From contig CM060731.1 of the NCBI GenBank assembly GCA_030704615.1, positions 4,526,001-4,590,000 of the forward strand: a stretch of 64,000 bases of DNA, read 5' to 3'. Positions 13,593 through 23,502 of this stretch are shown in pieces; the stretch's first letter is position 1, and the number at the start of each line of letters is the position of its first letter. A program made the translations under genes and the position numbers. This DNA is from Takakia lepidozioides (taxonomy: Eukaryota; Plantae; Bryophyta). Under the pieces are notes generated by a model. The model was not told the DNA's origin. It saw nothing but the letters and a program-made list of their open reading frames with translations, and did no database searches.

Positions 13593-16222
13593 ATCATTGT
13601 CTGTTCCCTTGAAGCCCTTCATCCATCAGCTCAGGATATTTTTCCGCTTTTTGTCGAGGATTTCGAGCGAGACCAGGATCTCCAACTAGATCGGGAGGTC
13701 TTCACTCATGCCTTCACGCGTAGTCCTCATCCTGGAGTGGCAGGTCCTTACGGTCTCTTGGATGAGCACTTCCGTGGCTGTTTCTCTCCACAGGACTCTG
13801 CTAGTGGCCTCTCTCAGCTATTTTAGGTTTGCTCCTTTATTGCCGCAGGCCGTATCCCCTGCCCCAGTGGCCCGTCTCCTTGGGGCCTCTAGATTGTTGG
13901 TTTTGAGCAAACCCTCAGGTATTGGCATCCGCCCTATCGCAGTTGGAGAGGTGTTTTACCGCCTTGTCAGCCGCTCACTTTGCCTTCAGTTTCGAGACGC
14001 CTTCTCCACCCACCTCTTTCCTCACCAGTTTGGGGTTGCCACTCCAGGAGGTTGTGACGGTAGTTTAGGGGATTCTTGCAGTTCTTGATCTTCATCTGGA
14101 TTGGGTGGTTCTACAGGTCGACGTCACCAACGTTTTCGACATTGTGTCACGGTCAGTTATCTTTCAGGAGCTCCGTTCAGTCGGGGGAGATTTCCACCAG
14201 CTCATTCCGTTTGTTCGATTATTCTATGCATCCACCACTCCCCTCTACTATAGTCATCATTCTCGCCTAGGTGAGTGCTCCATCATTCAATCCGAGGTTG
14301 GAACCCGCCAAGGCGACCCTTTAGGAGGACCTTTGTTTGCCATCGCTCACGTCCGCGCCCTCATGGCTTCTACACAAGTACACTCATCTTGTTTTTGTCC
14401 GTCGGTGGCAGACGACACGCACATCGTAGGCCCTGCCTCACAGGTACTTCCAACTTACCATCATTTTGTCACACAACTCTGTGCCGTGGGCCTTTCAGTG
14501 CAATCTCGCAAATGTGCGGTGTGGTCTCCGTCCGGTCTCCCTGCAGATTTTGTCCCCCTTGCTCACTTCATTGCTCCGCCCAATGGCATCAGAATCTTGG
14601 GAGTCCCTTTTGGCACCACCCAGTTCACAACGTCCTTCTTGGAAGATGCACACCAGGATCGCCACCCACGCCGATCTCCTTCCTAGGCTCGGAGATGTGC
14701 ATGTAGCATATGGAATCTTGACCAAATGTTTCTTTCAGCGTCCCTCATATCTTTTACGCACTGTTCCACCCAACCCAGATTTCCTACACCTCTTATCTGG
14801 GTTTGATACTACCATGATGACTATTCTCGGGAGTTTGTTAGGACCAGGAGCTCTGAAGGGTGCTTAGGGAATTTTGCCATGGCAGCAAACCACCTCTTCC
14901 GGTGGTGTGGGTCTTTTGTCCATTGTCAATACAGCCCCGTCAGCCTTCCTCGGCAATTGGGCATTGGTTGCGCCAGCCCTCGCTTCACGATTTTTCTGTG
15001 ACTATCTTCCCATCCTTATGGACGCCGTTGCACATGTCGACAGTGGTATTTTACCCTTCCAGCAGCATTTCCGCTCTGCACAAGATCTTCTTCCTGCACC
15101 AGCGCGAGCATGTCTACCACCATTTGAGCAGCTGGTTGTTTAAAGCCTCGACCATCTTCAGAAGTCCATTTCCGAGCGCGTGCACCGTCATTCCTTTTCC
15201 GACATGCTCTCAAGTGCTACTTCTGAGTTGCATCGGGCCTGACTTCTATCATGCGCAGGACCTGGAGCAGGGGCATGGTTGGTAGCACAACCCACTATCG
15301 CACATTTTCACCTCTTATCCCCTACTTTTCACTACTGCGCTCCGCCTTCGACTCGGGTTGCCTCATCCTTCGGCTTCAGCGGTGCGTCTGTCGTCAGCCC
15401 ATCGATGACCTTGCTATCCACTTCCTCCGCTGTCCAGGTGGTGGCGAGCGCACTGCGTCTCATGATGTGGTTTGCGATGCGGTGGCATCTATTGCTCGGG
15501 AAGCAGGGTATCATGTACTGCGTGAGCAATCTCATCTTACAATCCATGCTCACATCCCACTCTACACGCTGCCGTGTTGACATCGTCCTCTCTAGAGATG
15601 GTTTGTGTACCCTCGCGGATGTCGTTCTCGCCGACCCTACTCGAGCGGATCTGATATTTCGCGCAGCTACCACACCAGGCACGGCAGCCACTGTAGCAGC
15701 TCAGGCCAAGGAGCGCGACTACAGCGATTGTCACCCCACCGACAGAATTCTTCCGCTGGCGGTCAAGATATTTGGCTCACTGCACAGGCACTTCGACGAT
15801 TTTCTATGGACATGTGCACATCATGTAGCCAAGAGCAGGTCCACTGGCGTCCCGCATGCCTCCGTCCTTGTCGCCTACTATCGACAACATGTTTCAGTTG
15901 CTTTGCAGAGAGCACAAGCCATATCTATTTTGCATCGGGCTGATGTGGCTAGCTCCTCGTCATCTTATCTTCCGCCTTTGTTTATCTCCTTGCCTGATCT
16001 CCTCCAGGCTGTTGGTTGGGAGGGTCGTCTTGGTTGAGTAGCTTACTATAGCTTTTGTTTTCTTCTCTGGTTGAGTAGCTTACTATAGCTTTTGTTTTCT
16101 TCTCTGGTTGAGTAGCTTACTATAGCCTTTTGTTTTCTTCTCTTGCTTCTTGTTCCTTCCCCTCCTTTTTGGGAACTTATGATCCTATGTACGTTCACCC
16201 ATTGTACATGTTGTAAATAAAG
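13593..16222 (+). mobile_element. CRE-clade non-LTR retrotransposon copy 1, 3' part: reverse transcriptase plus restriction-like endonuclease (decayed)
   Basis: RT motifs KPSGIGIRPIAVGE, PHQFGVA, LQVDVTNVFD, GTRQGDPLG, VADDTHI, GIRILGVPFG; CCHC knuckle (CVC..IDDLAIHFLRC); RLE-type HD / VDIV / AK / PLAV..FG / LQRAQA motifs; several frameshifts; AATAAA at about 16216. Confidence 0.85.
16031..16142 (+). repeat. 3 x 37-bp tandem repeat at the CRE stop codon and 3' UTR
   Basis: TGGTTGAGTAGCTTACTATAGCTTTTGTTTTCTTCTC at 16031, 16068 and 16105 (third copy has one extra nucleotide). Confidence 0.95.
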
Positions 16223-16702
16223 TCTTACAGGTTTATCACGCCTCTCATTTTAAGATAATAGGTCTTCAATGGGCACGTGCAATGTGGCCGGTGGGCCCCG
16301 CGCACGGACATCCGGCTCCCCAGCACCCCGCCCGCCCCGCCCGCCGCTGCGCGCGGTCGCCTTGCTGCGGGCGCGGCTGCAGCAACCGCGCCCGCGCCCC
16401 CGTTCGCCGCGCGGCCAGTCCCCCGCCCATGAGTCCGCTGCCCTCCAGTCTGCCAGTCCGGTGCTGGCCAGTCCGCTGCCCAGCAGTCTGCCAGTCCGCC
16501 AGTCCGCTGGCAGTCTCCTGCCATCCAGTCCGCTGACGGCGTAGGATCGCCACCGTCCATTCCCATAACCTATCCGAGCCCTCCATTTTTAGGGCTGCAA
16601 AAATGGCAATGATCTTGCCACCAAATCCCGGCTGCTCTCTTTTGACGGCTGTTTGTTGTCCGATGTTGCGGTAGGCGTTTCCATGCACGCGACTGTTCCT
16701 CC

Positions 16703-17736
16703 ATGAGGCTTCCCGAAGGATGGTCTGCTCTGTGCAGGATGGGTGCTCGGTTTGGCAAAGCACATGCTCTGCACGTCAAGGTGAGTAATTCCATGCTGAT
16801 GTTTTTTGAAGGGGACCCACGGTTTGAATGTGGACTGTCGCCGGATGACATAAAGGCGCTCCAGAAGGTTGAGTCGGAGTGCACAGATAAAATCCTGGAG
16901 TTGTGGTGTCGATTCTATGAGAAGTCGGTTGAGGCTGCGTTCACCAACACTATTGCTGTTCTTCCAACGTCGACGTGGACGGTATTGAAGTCATTGGGGG
17001 TGGGGCAACGTAAAAGCCTTCTGGAGATCTTGAAAGGTTGCCTCAGCACTGAACGACTGGGCAAGGACTTGAAAGAGTGCGATTTCATTTTGGTGCCAAT
17101 TGGGGACGAGTAAGAACTCTTCCGAGTCTGCTGAGACTGTCTCCTGAGTCATAGTCTGGTTTTGCAGTGTCGTCTTGACTCTAAGCGATTAAGTTGACCT
17201 CTGTATTTGTGCAGTGGACTGGGTTTGAAGATTGAGTTTGCTGAGTGGTCGGTCTGCTGAGTCTGCCCATCATGATTGTGCAATGATGCCATGTTGTTTG
17301 ATACCATTGCAGGGGGCACTGGAGTGTTTGTATCATCGACCTCCGCAAGGGCTGTTACACTCACCTGAACGCTATCAGGGACTCGCATAGTTGTCCCTTT
17401 GTTGTAGGGTGGATTCGGAAGCTTCATGCTGAGTGCTTAGGGTACTCGATGGACTCACCGGAGTGGCATGAGATTGTCCAAGCATTTCAGTTCCACGCGC
17501 CTGATGTGCCCCAGCAACCATTCAGCTGGGAGTGTGGCTTTTACGTCATGTCATTCATTCAAGTGTTTTATGAGTGGGTAAAAGTCAAAGGAAATGTCTC
17601 CAAGACTGCAAAGCCAGAGAGAGGAACACCTTTCACGAAGGACTGGTTTACTTTCAAGTTTGCACTTGGGCAGCGAATGCAGTGTGCCCAGTATATCGTG
17701 CGGGGGTTGGACAATGTAGAGAAACTGCTCTCATGA
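16703..17736 (+). CDS. ULP1/SENP-like cysteine protease (peptidase C48 fold) carried by the MULE
   Basis: Intron 17110-17312 (GA|gtaag...cag|G) joins DFILVPIGDE to GHWSVCIIDL...THLNAI...PQQPFSWECGFYVM. His, Gln and Cys catalytic positions are present, with Asn at the usual Asp. Start codon uncertain (16664, 16703 or 16739). Confidence 0.8.
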
Positions 17737-18547
17737 GTATGATGTACTTGTCATGTGAAGTCTATGTACCGAAATAAAAAATGCGAGTCTTTTCGCTTAC
17801 TATTCCAGTGGTGATGAGCTCTTTTGTGTACTGTGGGTGCTGACATGTTTTGTAATGTTGTCACTAAACTCAATGGACACAATGGTGTCAATTTTTCCAT
17901 GCACTGTGCACCCGAGTCTGCTGAGCTTGAATGTGCGAGCAGTACGCTGCCGAGGCTAGGACTGGTGGGTCTGGTACCTAGTCTGGTAGGCACCATGTCC
18001 ATGAGTCTGCTGGGACGCTGGATTGGCATGAGTCGTTAGGGAGGTAGTCCACTGGAGCCTGTCCATTTTGAGTCTGTTGTTGTGGATGAGTCTGCTTGAG
18101 ACTTAGTCTGTCCAGCAGTCTGCTGGAAGACTTGCAGGGATGAGGTGGAAGTGTGGTGAGCAGACTTTTGGAGTGGGCGCAGATTGACCAGCAGACTGGC
18201 TTACTGGCGTTCGCAGTCCTGTGACTCTGTTGGGAGACTGTGCATGAGTCCGTTGGGAGACTATGCTTGGGAGACTGTGTGGGAGTCAGTTGGAAGACTG
18301 GAGGAGTCTATTGGGAGACTGTGCAGGAGTCCATTGTGGGACTCTGCAGCCGTCTGATGGGAGTTTGTGCCGGAGTGTGCTGGGATTGTGGAGACTGGAG
18401 GAGTCCATTGGGAGACTGTGCATTAGTCCATTATGGACTTCTATTTCAGAAAGGGACAATGCTACCAGAGGAATTGCAGACTTATATTGTCTTCTTCGTG
18501 ACACCTACACGACGTGAAACCTTGTCTCTTTTCGAGGCATTGCAGAC

Positions 18548-21500
18548 TTATATTGTCTTCTTCGTGACACCTACACGACTTGAAACCTTGCGAATTTTCG
18601 AGTATATATGTGCTGCAGGTGCAGGTGCAGACACCCTCTTGCTGGTTCTCCGCAAAACCCTAGGCCGGGTTTTCCAGGCCTCCACGAAATCTCGTCTCCT
18701 TTTCAGAGACATGTTGTTGTTGTTGTTGTTCAAAGAACGGAAAGCCTTCGCTGCCGCAGGGTGCAACATTCCAGCCGCACTTTTCGCCAGGATATCAACA
18801 AGCTGCCCTCTGCACATACGAAGAGCAGATCGGGCATGTGTCTCCAGGTATTTGTCATCACCTACAATGTGAAGTATGTCCGCGAATTCTTGTTCCATTG
18901 AGGCTGAGACCTCCAGAGGTGCCTCGTCGTAGGGGAAGTCATCCGGAGGATGTCTTTCCATGAACTGATTGGATTCGTCGTTGCCGCCGGCACCATTGCC
19001 CAAGAGCAAGTTAGGTAATCCTCCATGAATGGTTCCCAGCGCCGTGCCACAAGCGCGCACAAGGAGGCCATCCTGCAGGTCAGGGTGAAGCATCTTCAAG
19101 ACACGGACATGATGCTTGCATAAGTTTCCCTTCATTGCCCATGGGCACGTGCAACAACCCCAATCGCAATCAGGATTGTAAACAATGTATGTTGTGCCGG
19201 GGTGGTTGCTGCTGAGAACGTAGGTTGGTTCACCAGGACCCAAGGGAAGAGTAACACTCTCAGCAGGAATGTCTCGTGCCGCAAGTATAGAACTGGATAT
19301 GTACTTTTCGTGTTTGTCATTTCTTATGAACCCGTGGGTCTTCAAATGGATTGCGTACCAGTAGTGTGTTAGCACACGGCTAGTGAGTTCCCATATAAGC
19401 CAGTCCACTCTACGACCACTCATCTTGCCTTTCCCCATGGCAAGTCTTGCCTTCAGATTTCCATGGTATGTCTCAATGCTTGCGTTTGTGTCTTGGCTCG
19501 CATGAGGGACATGGCGGGTTGATGTACACCACATTGCTATTTTGGGCTTCCAGTACTATTCGATATAGTCAAGAAATTCATGTCCTTTCGGGTATTTTGA
19601 CCTCATACAACGGATTCTCCTTGCAACCCACCGAAGCGCTCTTTTCTCGTTGCGTGGTCCCCCTCTACAGTACATGAGGTCTCCCATATCCTTCAACAAG
19701 TTTACAACGGTCACCGGATCCTTCGTTTTCTTGCATAATTGCTTCACCCATGCCTCGCGGACATGCCAAAGGCAGAGGAAAATGAGTACTCCTTCAAAAA
19801 CAATTTTGCACAACACACATGGTACACATTAGAGTCTTGGGATCGGACTGCAATGGTGGACTGCCGGAGTGGACTGTAACAACGACCTGTATCAGCGGGC
19901 AGAGCCACTGGACTCGCCCAGTGGACAGTACAATGCCATGACGTTGATGTGCTGGAATAACCCCATTGGACTACCTAGTGGACTTCCCCAAGCTAGGACT
20001 GGGGCAGCGGACTGCATCAGCGGATTGCCCCATCGGACTGCCACAACGGACTGCCGAGCGGACTTGCCAGGGATTGCCGAGTGGACTTGGCAGCGGACGG
20101 CCGACCCTAGGGACTGCTGAGTGGACTTGCCAGCGGACTTGCCAAGGACTGCCGAGTGAACTTGCCAATGGACTGCCGAGCGGACTTGCCGGGGACTGCC
20201 AGCGGACTTGCCAGGGGACTGATGAGCGGACTTGACAGCGGATTACCAGTGGATTTGCCCAGCGAACTGCCATCGGGTTTCGCCACAGGAGTCTGCCAGT
20301 GGACTGTAGCAATGGACTGCTGCAGTGGACCTTGACAATGGACCGGTGCTGTGGACCAACAGACTTACCGAATAGCGTTGATTTCTGCTTCGGCATCGTC
20401 CACAATGAAGGCATTGGGTCGCCAGCTCGGCAAATCTGTGAGGAGTGAATCGCGCAAGGCTCTCATCCACGGAACCAGGTCTGTTGTCCGATTCCTCGCG
20501 GATAGGATATAAACAACTGATATACCGTTCAACCACTCGTCGAAGACCATCAACGTGTACAATGGGAACTATTGGAATGCACAATGTAAGATGGTCAGAG
20601 CATGCAAATTCCGCTTAGTTCTGCACGAGAAGACTTCATAAGAGTGATGAGGTCTGCAGCGGTTCACAATGGGTCTGCCCCTCGGTCTTCCGCAACGTAC
20701 ACATGAAAACATACAGAAAGGGTCAGCACACCAAATTTTATGTGAATGTTGCATGGTACTATGCTATCATGCTCGTACAAGTCCATGGAATCGTTCGAAT
20801 AGTACCTTGTCATGATTTGTCCCAAAGGTTGCATCATATGCAACGATACGGTCATGTCCTAGTTCTAGCATTCGTCGTTTTTGCCATGGAGTCTGTATGC
20901 CAATAGTGAATGTCAAATCTCCATCAAAATGCTCGAATGTTGGCTCTAATTTCTCCTCTTGATAGAAAAAAATGGACGCATGATTTCGGTCTCTCCACAT
21001 GCGCACACTCTCCGCATCATTGGCGTGCTTTTTGAAGGTTTGTCATGCACGTTTCTCGGCAAGGTTGCGAACATCTTTCTCCAACAAGAAATCATCGCGG
21101 GTCCATGCATCGCCCAAGCCGGTGTTGTTCATCACGTGCTCTTTATGCTCCATCATGATTTGGGCGATCGACAGGCCTCGGCACAAACACTCGACGACCC
21201 AGGCTTTCAATTCCTCGCTAATGTGTGGTGCATAGACGTGGCGGGTGTTCTTGAACTCTGCGGACTTCCCATGCGAGGGTTTCCCTTGTGCATCTGTATG
21301 CTCCATGTTGTTGTAGTACGCGAGGACACAGATGTCAGGGGCGAGATAGCATTGCTGGACCTTGAAATAGCATTGGCAACCACGCTTGTAAGACTCTCCA
21401 TACTCCGACTTCTTTCTCCTTGGGCCTTTATGAGGGCAAGATGTTCCAGCACCCACAAGAGGTCCTCCACGCTTCTGTTTTGGATCCTCCACTATTGTCT

Positions 21501-21989
21501 TGTTGGTGCACTTGTCATTAGGACCGTAGCAGCATTGATACCAGGACAGAAAATTCTAAAATCGATATCCAACGACTTGAGGAAGCATAAAATTAGAGAA
21601 CTCGTGAAACAAAAAATGGCAACAGACATGCAATGAAACGTCAAAAGGACTGAGGATAGTACACACATAATACTGGACAGAAATGTGTTGGCTCTGGGTG
21701 CTTTTCGCGAGCCGGGTTCCACTTTAGAATGGACATTCACCCAAAACTGAGTGGGGTAGTCCTCCAAATTCTCCTCTCCTAGGACAAAGTCACCAACTCT
21801 ATCCCAAGGTATGCAGGCCTTTTCAACATTCACTCGCACATCCATAAACCCATATTGTGTCTCACTCTTCCAATGGAGATCCTTCATGTTGAAGGGTCCT
21901 GGTTTTGCTGTTTGCAAACATTGTCGAAGAGGCCGTATAAGCGGGCTTTCCGTGATCAGTATATCATCAGGTTTTGCTTCCACGTCCAT
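18548..21989 (-). pseudogene. MuDR/MULE transposase with WRKY-like DNA-binding domain and SWIM finger, inactivated
   Basis: KRGCQCYF..H; AYDATFGTN; FIVDDAEAEINA; LCLWHV; TNASIETYH; SWIM CTCPWAMKGNLCKH. In-frame stops at 21043 and 19556, and two expected splice acceptors appear mutated (about 21542 and 19806). Confidence 0.9.
19845..20360. repeat. Degenerate ~12/24-bp GGACT-rich tandem repeat inside a transposase intron
   Basis: Repeated GGACTGCCGAGCGGACTTGCCAG-type units; the same core motif occurs in the TIRs. Confidence 0.85.
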
Positions 21990-23502
21990 GCCCTATACGG
22001 TACAAAGGACACGCTTCTGAACATGCAAGATTCGCGCCGCAGTACATGACACGATCAACAACGTGCCATGGGAACAGTGTGCACGTTCGCGGCTGCTGGC
22101 AAGTGGCAGGCGGCAGGGATAAAGGTTTGAATTGCAGCCCTAAAAATGGAGGGCTCGGATGGGTTATGGGAATGGACGGTGGCGATCCTGCGCCGTCAGC
22201 GGACTGGATGGCAGGGGACTGGCGGACAGACTGGCGGATTGGCAGACTGCTGGGCAGCGGACTAACCAGCACCGGACTGGCGGACTGGCAGACTGGAGGG
22301 CAGCGGACTCATGGGCGGGGGACTGGCCGCGCGGCGGACGGGGGTGCGGGCGCGGTTGCTGCTCGGCAACCGTGCGCAGCGGCGGGCGGGTGCTGGGAGC
22401 CGGGCGTCTGTGCGGGGGGGCCACCGGCCACATCGCACGTGCCCATTGAAGACCCTATTATCTTAAAATGAGAGGCGTTTATTACATAGTGTAAAGTTCC
22501 CTCCCAATAGCCTTCGGGCCCTGAGATCCATGCGATTATTACAAACGTAAGATTACCGTTGTGAAGGTAATGTGACCTAATTTAATTTCAATTTACAAAA
22601 TTTGCGGCAAGCCCTAGATCATTCCTAAGTATACAAGCTTGCAACGGAGGTGTCGCCAAGGTGTGCTTCTTCTTCTCCTCCCTCTCTAGTGTGCATTGTG
22701 CTGCAGCTAATCTAGGTTTTTATCCTCGGCTGTTTGGGTACTAGTCCTCTACTCTGCACCCGTCAGGGCAGTAGAGGACCACTACACAAGCAATTGACGG
22801 AAACAGACAATTGAAGATGTGCAAGAAGTCTGAAACGATAATGTAGCTGAAACGGAACGCTGGGGAGTCAGAGTGTGTAAGCCTGACTATTTCTGGGATA
22901 CAAGGACTTGAAATTGTCCTAGAAACCACAGTCGAGCACAAGTTGATGGTGAGTACAGTTCAGTTCTTATTCTGAGCTGATCATTAAGAAGCTCCACCGA
23001 AGTTGCAGACCAGAGTTCAAATTTGGGTTGGATGACAGATTGTTGTCTAAGCTCAGGGGATGGGCAGACAAGGGCTGTCGGGGAGTTCGAGTTTGAAACC
23101 GCAGGCAGCCTGCCTTGAAGGGTGGCCTTGTTGTCCATCACCAGCTTCTGAATATCTTCTGCGATATCTGAGAGCTCTGGTCTTATTTGGAATTTCTTCG
23201 CATTATGTGCATGAAAGAGAGAAAGGGTCAGAGTAAGTCGTCAATGAAGAAGGAGCACTACAAACGTGGCGAAGAGCTGATTTTCTTGTGGTTTCTGGCA
23301 TGCAGGCCAGAGTGAAAGCGTTTGAACAGCCTGGTGATGGTTCTGACTTCGATATGCAATATGGAACTGCCGGCCAAGAATGCAAGGGGTATTTTTGTGT
23401 GGATGATAATTCAAAGCTTTCAGCATCGAGTTAATTGAATTCTGACTGCTGAGTCTCAAAGTAGATGACTGCAGGAGTGTTGTAACTCAGTGAAAGCCTC
23501 TC

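Larger units (their letters stand above)
16240..22476. mobile_element. MULE (Mutator-like) transposon with long GC-rich TIRs and two convergent genes (ULP1-like protease, transposase)
   Basis: TIRs about 16240-16600 and 22131-22476 (GCCTCTCATTTTAAGATAATAGG...); 9-bp TSD GTTTATCAC / GTTTATTAC (one mismatch). Confidence 0.93.

Noticed and set aside
16225-16763. GC-rich ORFs overlapping the MULE TIRs (also 21967-22471)
   Set aside because: By-products of GC-rich inverted repeats; no protein motifs.
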